Origin: Callorhinchus milii
Lineage: Eukaryota
Reading direction: 5' to 3'
Assembly: GCF_018977255.1 (NCBI RefSeq)
Contig: NW_024704742.1
Coordinates: 65,226,001 to 65,286,000 of the forward strand
DNA: 60,000 bases
Shown here: piece after piece, positions 27,801 to 38,674 of the stretch
How the letters are laid out: every line of letters starts with the position of its first letter
Numbering within the stretch: the stretch's first letter is position 1
Notes under the pieces: generated by a model
What the model saw: only the letters and a program-made list of their open reading frames with translations
Told to the model about the DNA's origin: nothing
Databases searched by the model: none
Position numbers and translations under genes: made by a program

Positions 27801-29120
27801 CCATAAAACTAAATGGCACAGCTGGGAAATCTTTACTTAGCAAATCAAAGCATATTCATTTTTAATTCACATCAGTAAGCAATGCAGCATGGTTGCATCT
27901 CGACAAAATGTAGTAACATCGATTGCAATACTTCAATCTGCAATCTAATGGTTTGTTTTTTAAAACTCTTGTTTATGAGCTTCTGAAGCAGTTGAAGAAG
28001 GAATTCTAAAATGTCTTTGGTTCCGTCCCTGTAAAAGTGCCCACTTTGCTAATGTACAAGTTGCACTGTCATCCATGACTTTATGACATAGAAACCTGAG
28101 CTGACTAATGCAGCAATACAGTGCCAAGCTTTTACAGTAAAAAGTACAGTCATGAAATTACATAACGCTGACCATCATTGTATAATCTATATCATCATTT
28201 TTAATGCTCTTTAATTTCATACTGTACAAACAGTCTCCACAAGTTACACAGCACTGAGCCATAAAACCTATATGTTGTTCCTCCCTTTCCTCTGTGTGCC
28301 TTGTTTACACAGTATGAAAGTCCGTGGCCTGGGAACATGGTAGAATGGCCTATCGAATTTTTTAAATTACTTTTGGCCCTCATGTTGCTTCACAACTTAT
28401 CCAAGATTCACTCATTGCAGAGGAGATAAAAGTTACATTTATTCCTCATAGCAAAATATTCTAATTTATTCTGCAATGGCATTGGGTGTGAGCATTTTAA
28501 TTAGTATACACTTCAGGGATAACATTTGCCAAGACTGCAGATTACATGTAAATTGAGTATCCTGCAATATTTGTACGTCAGCCTATTTAACCATTCAATC
28601 TGAAATATCTAAATAAATCACCAAATGCATGGTCTTGGGATGATAAGGATAAATTTTGAGGAAAAACATACAAGGCCAGAAATTCCTTACGAACTTAATT
28701 TGGAAGCCAGCTTTCCACAGTTCTTTGATAGAACCAACTTCCAAATTAAGATCTTTCACAGTACTATGCATCAACACAAAGTAAATATTGACTGGCGTAC
28801 ACTCGCTGTCACAATAAGCAAAATCTAGAACCGGGCTATCATTGGATTACCACTATCTCCATGTTTCCCCCTAAGTCATGTGCTAGCTTGACTTGGACAA
28901 ATACTACTTTTCCTTTGACGTCAACAGATCTAAATCCTGAAACTTCCTCCCCAACATTACTGCAGGCGTATCAATGCCACAACAACAACGTGCATTTACA
29001 TAGCACCGTTCATGTAAGATATTGTCCTGGAATGCTTCACAAAGACGGAGTCAGATTGCAGCAGTTTAAAGAAAAGACCCGTCACCACATTGTCAGAGAA
29101 ATCAGGCATGAGCAATAAAT

Positions 29121-29449
29121 GGAGTCCTGTAGCTCAGTGGTTAGAGCACTCGCTTTGCAAGTGAGAGACCTGAGTTCAATTCCAGGCAGAGGGCGAAACC
29201 TTGGGCAAGTTTCCTTACTCCACACAGAGCCTAATAATAATCCCTCCAAAAAAACAAAAACAATAATTAAATTGGTCATTTTCAATCTACGACTGTTTGT
29301 GGGACATTGCTGTGCGCAATTGGCTGCCACGTTCGCCCACAAGTATACAGTCAATTCACTTTACAGTGTGTTCTGTGAAGCGCTTTGGGACGTCCTCCCG
29401 ACGTGAAAAGCGCTATATCAAATGCAAGGATTATTATTATTATTATATT
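29121..29449 (+). mobile_element. Young tRNA-derived SINE (short subfamily)
   Basis: A box TAGCTCAGTGG, B box GAGTTCAATTCC, L2-like tail with (ATT)n; flanked by ATAAAT duplication. Confidence 0.92.
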
Positions 29450-29555
29450 ATAAATGCTGGCCCTGCCAGCATTGCCCACATCCTGAGACAGAGGTAAAAA
29501 ATCTCTCCGCAGTAATCGGAGTAGAACACTCCCTTCACAAAACGTTATGATGTGT

Positions 29556-29981
29556 GTCAGCCGGGTGCAGTGGAAGCACTCTCATCTCTGAGTCAAAAGA
29601 TCATGGGTTCAAACCCCGCATTAGGAGTTTTAATCACATAGCCTAAGATGATACTCCAATGCAGTACTGCGGATGTGTTGCATTGTCGGATGAGACATTA
29701 AACCGAGGTTACATCTGCTTGTTCAGGTGGATGTTAAATATCCCATGGCACTATTCAAAAAGAGAAGGGAGTTTCTCTCAGTGTCGTGGCCAACAAATCC
29801 CCCAAATAAAAAAATGGTCACTCATTCCATGGCTGTTTGTGGGTCAATGCTGTTTGTAAACTGATTGCCGCATTTTACCCACAAAATTCACAATCCACGT
29901 TACAATATATCCTGTGAAGCGCTTTGAGATGTCTCAATGATTTGATAAGGTGCTGTATCAAATGCAAAGATTATTATTATG
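29556..29981 (+). mobile_element. Older Deu-domain SINE (SacSINE1/AmnSINE-like)
   Basis: GGATGAGACATTAAACCGAGG...CAGGTGGATGTTAAATATCCCATGGCACTATT Deu core; other copies at ~7990-8480(-), 19687-19930(+), 22810-23100(-), 30020-30333(-), 42945-43170(+), 56670-57170(+). Confidence 0.8.
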
Positions 29982-30333
29982 ATAATTTTTATTAAAATAA
30001 TGGATACCCTGCAACAATAATAATTCTTACATTTGACCTATAACATCAAAATGTCTAAAACCTGTTAAATGTATTTACTGTCAAATGTAGAGACTGTGTA
30101 TATATATATACACACTGTATATGTGGCAGCCAATTTGCACACATCCTAGGAAACAATCATGACTAATTTATCCGGAGAATTGTTGGCAAGCACAAGAAGA
30201 AATGTCCTTCTCTTTTCAAGTAGTCCCACAAGGTTACTGTTTAGGCAGACAAGACTCAGTTTAATGTTGCATCTGAAGGATGGCATCTCCAACAATGCAG
30301 CACATCACCAGCCCTGCATTGCAGTGTCAGTCT

Positions 30334-32460
30334 TAAGAACATAAGAAATGCTGGACAAAAAAGACCAATGTCCATCTCGTTCGCCTTCCACCTTCCTGGT
30401 AGTCGCATGCATATATGTCCCAAACTATCTATGTACTATATCCCATAATGTTATTTCCTAAAAGAAAACTATCTAATCTGTGTTTGAAAGAATTAACACT
30501 TCCTGCTTCAACCATCTCCCGAGGGAGCCTGTTCCACAGGTTCACTATTCACTCACTGAAATAGTGTTTGCATAAATTTGTTCTGAATTTACCCCCTTCA
30601 TTCACAAGCCGTGTCCTCTGATTCTACTATTCTGGACAAGCTGAAACAGCCTGTCATGACCTATATCGTCTTGCCCCTTTAGAATCTTAAAGACAGCAAT
30701 CATGTTGCCTCTAAATTTTCTCTTTTCCAGCGTGAACATGCCCAATTTACTTAGTTGCTCCTCATAGTCCATTCATTCCATTCCCTCAATCATTTCAGTT
30801 GCCCTCCTGTGTATCTTCTCGATTTCTCCAATATCCTTTTTGTACTGCGGTGACCAGAACTGTACACAGTACTCTAAATATGGTCTCATCAATGATTTAT
30901 ACAGTGGCAGGATTACCCCACTATTTCGGCTTGTTATTGATCTTTTGATACATCCCAAATCTAGTTTGCTTTACTCACTGACTTGGAGCATTGTTGGCAG
31001 ACCTTCAATTTCATGTCAATCAGGACCACAGGTCCTTTTCATTTTCCATACATATTATTTTCCTTCGTTCAAATAATACTCCTTTCCAGGATTTTTTGTC
31101 CCTATGTGAGGTACTTTATATTTCTTCACATTGAATTTCATCTGCCAAGTATGTTCAAATCCTCCTGTAACCTATCTTGTTCAGATTCGCAATCTACCAC
31201 CTTCATTAGCTTGGTGTCATCTGCAAATTTAGCCACTGTGCTTGCGACTCCTAGTTTTAGATCATTTATAAAAATATTAAACAAAAGAGGTCCCAAAACA
31301 GACCCTTGCGGAACTCCACTGGTAACATTTTCCCAGTCTGATGACATTCCCTGTACCACCACCCTTTGGGTTCTTCCGGTCAACCAATTGCGTATCCATT
31401 GTAATATACCTTGACTGATTCCTACTTTTTTTTTTACTTTCAGTACCAACCTCTCAAAGGAACTGCATCAAAGGCCTCACTGAAATCCAGATACACAACA
31501 TACACAGCCTTACCCTTATAAAGCTCCCTTGTCACACCATCAAAGAAAACCAGTAAATTAGATTGGCAAAACCTTCCCTTCATGAACCCATATGGGCTAT
31601 CATTTATGATTTTATTTCCGTCCAGATGCTCCATGATTTTATCCTCATTAAGAGTCTCCATAACTTTACCCACAATGGACGTCAAACTTACTGGTCTGTA
31701 GTTTCCTGGGTCACTTTTGTTACCTTTCTTAAAAATAGGTGTAACATCTGCCTTTCTCCAGTCCCCCGGCACTTCTTCAGTATTCAGTGATTTTTTAAAG
31801 ATTTGTGCCAGCGTTTCTGCGACTTCCTCCCTTAGTTCCTTAAGGATCCGCGGATGTAATTTATCCAGCCCTTGAGATTTATTTACCTTAAGTTTACACA
31901 GCTGTTTGGCAACCATGCTGATAGTGTTATGAATAGTGTCGCAACTTTTCTCTGCAACATCCTTGAGTTCTCTTTCCAGATCAGAGAGGTTACCCGTCTC
32001 CTCTTTGATAAAGACTGATGCAAAAACCGTATTTAGCACTATTGCAGCCTGTGCAGCATTATTTGTCATGTTGTCTCCCGAACCCACATTCAATGGCTCT
32101 ATTCCATTACTTGGTTTTCGTCTACTCATAATGTAACTAAAAAACATTTTATTATCCTTCGCATCTCTTGCCATGTTCAATTCAAAGCTTTCTTTGACAT
32201 TCTGATGTCTTTTTTGCAATCCTGGCATGCCTTCCGGTATTGAGTCCGAATTATTTCCGTGCCATTTTCCTTCATGGCCTTAAATGTTTTTTTTCCTCTT
32301 TATGATTTGTTTTGTACACCATCCAACCTGGCAGGAGTGCCTTTAAGCTTGGTACCTTTGCTTCGCATGGGTACACATTGTTTCATTGCCTTCATAATCA
32401 CCTCTTTTAAGAAACTCCATGGGTCCTTCACTCCCTTTGCCATATTTAAGCCTGCCAGGC
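30334..32460 (-). mobile_element. CR1 LINE (second subfamily), 5'-truncated, nested in a Deu-domain SINE
   Basis: NYRPVSLTS, GVPQGSVLGPLLF, FADDTKL, YCVQFWSP; TTCTTATG tail; the same 3' UTR recurs at ~9540-9695 (+). Confidence 0.92.
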
Positions 32461-32639
32461 CCGCAGCCTTGACTGTGAGTCACAGTCACAGTCTTGACTG
32501 TGAGTTCCAGGTCCTGATGTGGGATTTGAATTCACAACCTTCTGAGCCCACGACCCCAATCCTTGCCAGGTTCCACGGGCTCCCTGTCTCCGAAAAATTG
32601 ATTTCAAGATCCTTACCTCACAATAATAATCCCTTTAAG

Positions 32640-33010
32640 CCCGAGCTTCTCCCTGCCTCCACACCTCAAGCGCCGACAGCATCACTATCCAAAGGTGCAC
32701 ACTCCACCTCACTAAGCCAGTCCAGAACCTTGGCGTCTTGTTTGACCCTCAACTATCCTTCCTACCCCACATGTGCCATGACCCAGTCTGCCTTCCCCCA
32801 CCTCCGCAAGATTGCCCGGCTCTGCCACTGGCTCACAAGACCCTCCTCTTCGACCATGCTTTCGATTACTCTCCACACCCCCCCCCCGGTCCCCCACCCT
32901 CCCCAATCCCGACCCCCAACTCGGGTCCCAAACATGGACTGTCCAGCGTCCAGCCTTGGGATGTCCTCCTGACGTGAAAGGCGCTATTCAAATGTGATTT
33001 TGTTGTTGTT
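32640..33010 (+). mobile_element. Internally deleted L2 3' fragment
   Basis: FDPQLSFLPH as at 579; (TTG)n tail. Confidence 0.8.
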
Positions 33011-33103
33011 GCCTCACAGACCTGCTCATGCTCCACTCCTATGCCTGCCCCCTTCGCTCATCTAACACAAGCTTCCACTCCCCATCCTCTCTGTACCACT
33101 ATT

Positions 33104-33431
33104 GTGAAGTCCTGTAGCTCAATGGTTAGAGCACTCGCTTTGCAAGCGAGAGACCTGAGTTCAATTCCAGGCAGAGGGCGAAACCTTGGGCAAGTTTCCT
33201 TACTCCACACAGAGCCTAATAATAATCCCTCCAAAAAAAAAACAATAATAAATTGGTCATTTTCAATCTACGACTGTTTGTGGGACATTGCTGTGCGCAA
33301 TTGGCTGCCGCGTTCGCCCACAAATATACAGTCAATTCACTTTACAGTATATTCTGTGAAGCGCTTTGGGACATCTAGAAGACGTGAAAAGCGCTATATC
33401 AAATGCAAGGATTATTATTATTATTATTATT
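33104..33431 (+). mobile_element. Young tRNA-derived SINE (short subfamily)
   Basis: Near-identical to 29121-29449. Confidence 0.92.
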
Positions 33432-35564
33432 CGTGACCATGCCTTCAGCCACTATGCTCCTAATCTGTGGAGCTCCCTGCCTCAATTACCCTCGTCCTCC
33501 CGCTTTATCTAACTTTAAATCCCACTATACCACTTCTATGGTCACCACCCTTCTCCCTTACTCAGAGTCCAACCCTGTGCAATGCTTTGAAACACTGTCC
33601 TGCATGAAGGGTGCTATATAAATGCATGTTGCTGTTCTGATTTAGAGGCAAAAGTGCTACCAACTAAGCATGGCTGACACACAAGCAGAAACTTTTAATT
33701 TATTTTGTGGTTTCATGTCATATTATCTGCAAATGAGAATCTATGAGAATACATAATAAACAATTCAAAATATTACATGCTTAAATAAATTACGGTATAT
33801 TCTCAGGATCGATCCTTATTTTCATCCAAGAAAATAACACAATCAATATACTAAATGATTTCCTATTCTGTAGATATCCCATCAAAGCATAACACTTAAA
33901 CTTGAAATCCTAACTAAAACATAAGCACTGACATTCATTTATGCAGTTATCGACAATTATTGCTATAGCAAGAAATATAGAATTTTGCTGGTGTTTAGAT
34001 TGTAGAATGGATAAAATAATAATCCTTACGACAACAACTTGCATTTATATATGGTGCCATTCACGTGGGGTAGCATTCCAGAGCGCTTGACAGCGGCGGA
34101 GTCTTGCTCCAAGCCAAGGGGAGAGGGAGGGGAGAGGTGACTGTAAGCACGATCAAAAACAAAACTCTTGAGGCAGGATTTGAAAGTCAGGAGGGGCAAG
34201 GCAGAGGGATTGAGGATGAGAGTTCCAGAGCGTAATGGCTGAGGCACAGCCAATTGGAATTTCATGTAGTCCACAAAATACACAATACACATTTATACAC
34301 AATACACTTACATTATATTCTGTGAAGTGCTTTGAGACATCTCATCAACAATGATAAGGCGCTATATCAAATGCAAGGATTATTATTATTTTTAGCACCT
34401 TATTAAAAGTCCCCGACGTATATCAAATGTGTTGTGATGAAAGGATTCGCCAATTTCCTATTTTATCTGATGTTCACAGAAATCATGACCTAAATCATAC
34501 TGTGGTTGCAATTATCCATTGGCTGCCCAATGATTCAAGCAAAGAATACAGTCCCTTATCGTCCTACTTTGGTAGACGCTCCAAGCAAAAGGTTAGTTGT
34601 AACATGCTCTACAAATCTAGAAGGCTAACTCATGGATTTAATTTCAGAAAAGAAAAGTTGGACATTTATTACTTATTTTACACAAGACTGTAGTAAATAC
34701 AGGTATGTTAAATTACTCAGGAAGTTGGTGAACCCAGGTGGTGTTAGAAGAAAAAATTTACGATTGTATCACAAAACTCACCTGTCCTGGGCATTTATTT
34801 TTTTGCTCAACACAGATAAATGCTGCAAGTACGCACTTGCATTCATAAAGAGAAAAAGTAAAGCCTTCCATTTTTTGATAAAACAGTTCCACAAATATAC
34901 ATTTACATTCGATCGTAAATCACATCTAGCTTCGCCCACAAATACATGGTCAATTCACTTTACAGCATATTCCGTGAAGCGCTTTGAGACGTGAAAAGCG
35001 CTGTATCAAATGCGAGGATTATTATTATTTAAGCGCTCTGAGACGCCGTCCAGCGTGGAGGGCGCTATATAAATCCAAGTTGTTGTTGTCGTTGCAAGCG
35101 AGGTTCGATTCCTGGACGGGGGTAAAACCTTAGGCAGGTTTCCTTACTCCAAACACTTATGTTTACCTGGCAGCAAGTAGGAACTCAGTTGTTAGTCGAC
35201 TGGCGGATCACTTTCCAGGCGTAATGATCCCTTTTTAAAAAAATTGGTCACTCAGTCCACGACTGTTTGTGGGACACCGCCCGAGAGCGCAATTGGCTGC
35301 CGCGTTCCACCCGCAAAATACATACGGTCCATCCACTTTGCAGTTTATCCTGCGAAGCGCTTTGAGACGTCTCAATAACGTGCTAAGGCGCGATATCAAA
35401 TGCCAGGATTATTCTGATCCCAGTCAACCTGACACCTGTGGATGGCACTCAATCTCGAAGTCCTGAAGAAAAAAGATCAGATGGATTCGATCCACGAGGA
35501 ACGGCACAACTTATCGATTCCCATTTCAAACACTGATTACAAAATAATTGGCGAAAACACTTAC

Positions 35565-35760
35565 TTCACTTTCAAAGTGTTTTTTTTCCGCCAGGAGTTT
35601 GATGGGAGACGAGGCATGAGATGCGGGGCGGGGAGGGAGGGGGGGGGGGGGGGGGAGAGGAGGTCTGCCCGCAGAGTCTGCTGGGAGGTGTAGTTTAAGA
35701 AGTTGACAAAATCGCGCTCAAACGGGAGCGCGAGCCGCAGCCGGACTACACTTCCCATTG
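35565..35760 (-). other. CFAP99: Probable non-coding first exon (5' UTR) of CFAP99; TSS uncertain
   Basis: GAA|GTAAGT donor at 35565/35564 at the edge of the CpG island, just downstream (minus sense) of an RFX X-box. Confidence 0.5.
35670..35760. promoter_or_regulatory. Two divergent ZNF143/THAP11 (SBS) motifs: ACTACACCTCCCAGCAGACTCTGCG (minus, 35670-35694) and ACTACACTTCCCA (plus, 35745-35757)
   Basis: Match to ACTACAnnTCCCA consensus; a third SBS-like CCCACACTGCACCGCG is on minus at 36117-36132. Confidence 0.75.
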
Positions 35761-35776
35761 TCCTCTGCTCACCGCA

Positions 35777-35787
35777 GCGCATGCGCA
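35777..35787. promoter_or_regulatory. NRF1 site GCGCATGCGCA
   Basis: Perfect palindromic NRF1 consensus in the CpG island. Confidence 0.7.
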
Positions 35788-35806
35788 CCCAATCGATGTT
35801 TGGCAC

Positions 35807-35819
35807 GTCTCTTAGCAAC
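35807..35819 (+). promoter_or_regulatory. RFX X-box GTCTCTTAGCAAC
   Basis: Fits X-box consensus with a perfect TAGCAAC half-site; upstream of a ciliary gene. Confidence 0.7.
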
Positions 35820-36414
35820 GGCGCGGTCCTGGCGCTTTGCACGACGAAATTGGAGCCTGCGTCGGTACAGGACCATTTTTCAACACACAAGCAAAACACA
35901 TACGTGACTTGGAGCTCGGTGAGAGCGTCATGAAGTGTCTATTTGTTAGGGGGGATTTTATTTGGCAGCCGTTCGCCAGAGCGAGGGAGAGAAAATGACT
36001 GAATGTAATGTAATGCGAGCGAAGTCTCCCTCTCGCGATTCCGATTGGCCGAAAGAAGCCACATCAATCAACGCTCGAGCGTGCGTCATATCCGGGGGTC
36101 GCCCACCCAAGTCGCCCGCGGTGCAGTGTGGGATGGTGTTGTCATGTCAGCCGAGGTGAGCGCGCAGCAGCGCCTCCAGCAACTGCGGCAGCGTCGGTGG
36201 AGCCGTTAATGTCAGCGTGAGCGCCGCCACACAGCAGCGACCCTTCTGCCCTACCGCCCGGATTGTGGGCCAGGCCTGGGGGGGGCGGGAGAGAGGAGAG
36301 CCGCGGGGAGGGTGACAGAGAGGCACCGCCCGCCCGCCCGCCGCGCTGTAAAGCCGCTTCAGCCAGGCAGCTGCCCGGGGAGGCGACGCCAAACCAACCG
36401 CAGCGGCTGCCATC

Positions 36415-36450
36415 ATGAACAGGTTCCGCAAGTGGCTGTACAAACCCAAG
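36415..36450 (+). CDS. ZFYVE28: ZFYVE28 (LST2) coding exon 1, MNRFRKWLYKPK; exon 2 not found in window
   Basis: Peptide matches the recalled LST2 N-terminus; GCCATCATG context; AAG|GTAAGT donor. Confidence 0.95.
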
Positions 36451-36624
36451 GTAAGTCACCTATACACTCACACACCGGGTACACTGTGTGCACCCCCCCG
36501 GCCCGGCCCGGCCCGCCAGCGGGGGGCGGGGGGTTGGGGGTAACGAGGGACATTGCGTTGATTTGGTGTTTACGGCACATGGTTTGAAGTTTCTGTGCTT
36601 TTTGTAAAAAGCCCGGCCCGGCGC

Positions 36625-37160
36625 CACCCACCCACCAGCCAGCCACCCACCAGCCACCCACCCACCCAGCGCCACCCACCAGCCACCCACCAGCCACCCA
36701 CCCACCAGCCACCCACCCACCAGGCACCAGCCACCCACCCACCAGGCACCAGCCACCCACCCACCCACCAGCCACCCACCCACCAGGCACCAGCCACCCA
36801 CCAGCCACCCACCCACCAGGCACCAGCCACCCACCCAGCACCAGCCACCCACCCACCAGCCACCCACCAGCCAGTCACCCACCCAGCACCCACCAGCCAG
36901 TCACCCACCCAGCACCAGCCACCCAGCACCCACCAGCCAGCACTCAGCCACCCTGCCAACACCAGCCACCAGCACCAGCACCCAGCACCAGCACCCAGCC
37001 AACACCAGCCACCACCCACCCAGCACCCAGCCAACACCAGCCACCACCCACCCAGCACCCAGCCAACACCAGCCACCACCCACCCAGCACCAGCACCCAG
37101 CCAACACCAGCCACCACCCAGCACCAGCACCAGCACCCAGCCAACACCAGCCAGCGCCAC
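36625..37160 (+). repeat. C-rich low-complexity tandem repeat (CCAC/CCAG/CAC units)
   Basis: Directly visible; explains the Gly/Trp- and Pro/His-rich spurious ORFs. Confidence 0.95.
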
Positions 37161-38350
37161 CCAGGCCCGCGGCCACTCAACCCCTCCCGCACATATGAAG
37201 CGGCGCTTCATTTCGACGGTATTTTGGCTTCAGCTGATGAGCGTCAGAGAGGGAGAGAGTGGAGGGGAGTGGAGGCTAAAGCTCTGGGTGCAGCGGCCGG
37301 TTGACTGGCTCATGGTTGCTGTGGTCCGGGCTGGCGCCAGGGTCTGGGACTGGGGGTTACGAGTCGCACTGCTCCTTTGCCGGGGCACTGCGAGCAGCGA
37401 ATGGCCGGAGATTACAAGGGCTCCGCGTGTGAGGTGCAAACCCAAAAGAGAGAGAGAAAAAAAACCTCTCAACTCCTGTGCCGCCCCGCACCGCCCCGCC
37501 CCGCCCCGAGCCGTGGGGTTAGAGTCCATTTGCGAGGTGGCACCGCTCAGTCACCGCGATCACACTCAGATTTATATTGCTGTGTTTTGCAACACGATCT
37601 AAAGGGGGAAATCGTTCAACGCTATGATTTTGCTTGAGATGTTCACGCCGTAAAGTTGCTGTTCCTTTTCTGGTGGGACATCGTTACAATTTCGCATTGA
37701 AGTGCCAATAAAGAGGGCCGTTGTTGTGTTGACTTCGTGTTCAGCATTTATGGCGCAAGGATTGAAGTTTCTTGAGTTTTACAAGAAACTCGCAGGCAAT
37801 AGCTAACGCTGTTTTCGTTTTTAAAAATGTTGATGTAACGGGGGCTGATGTTAGAACCGTCTCCCAGCAATGCCGAAAATGGATAAGTACATCTGAGGCT
37901 TTTCAATTGAATAATGCTGAGCAAGGTTTCTGATGGCACTTTTAATACCTGTCTGGATGACTATTATCTCATCTCCAGCCCATTCATGTTGCTTTCCTAC
38001 CCGATACTCTGCGGTATGTGGGGATTGTGCAGTGAAACATGGTTTGTCGAAATCAATATTAGCCACATTTAACATGTCAGTAGCATTAGTCAATGAAAGA
38101 ATTGAAAAAAAGATTAAAATGCAGCACTCAACATCAAATTGCATTTGCTACACTTTACAGAAAAACATGTCAAGCGTTTCAGCTATTTTGACAATATCAT
38201 AAGGTGCTGTATCAAATGGAAGGAATGGTATTAAATATGCTTATGATCCAAAGTCTGTGAATTCTGAAATTACAATTGGACTCAGTTTGGCTATCATTAC
38301 TAAAAAGGTACATTGTCCACTTGAACGGGTGGACTTCTTTGGTGGATTAG

Positions 38351-38674
38351 TGGAGTCCTGTAGCTCAGTGGTTAGAGCACTCGCTTTGCAAGTGAGAGAC
38401 CTGAGTTCAATTCCAGGCAGAGGGCGAAACCTTGGGCAAGTTTCCTTACTCCACACAGAGCCTAATAATAATCCCTCCAAAACCCAAAACAATAATAAAT
38501 TGGTCATTTTCAATCCATGACTGTTTGTGGGACATTGCTGTGCGCAATTGGCTGCCGCGTTCGCCCACAAATATACAGTCAATTCACTTTACAGTGTGTT
38601 CTGTGAAGCACTTTGGGACGTCCTCCCGACGTGAAAAGCACTATATCAAATGCAAGGATTATTATTATTATTAT
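38351..38674 (+). mobile_element. Young tRNA-derived SINE (short subfamily)
   Basis: Near-identical to 29121-29449. Confidence 0.92.

Larger units (their letters stand above)
35590..37700. promoter_or_regulatory. CpG island / bidirectional promoter of CFAP99 and ZFYVE28 (interrupted by a C-rich repeat)
   Basis: High GC and CpG density against a CpG-depleted background; lies at the divergent 5' ends. Confidence 0.88.

Noticed and set aside
29121..29190. tRNA-Ala(TGC)-like sequence (also at other SINE heads)
   Set aside because: No proper acceptor stem, and it continues into SINE body and tail; a SINE head, not a tRNA gene
36413..37602. Long Gly/Trp/Val- and Pro/His/Thr-rich ORFs (up to 335 aa)
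   Set aside because: Artefacts of a stop-poor tandem repeat in intron 1
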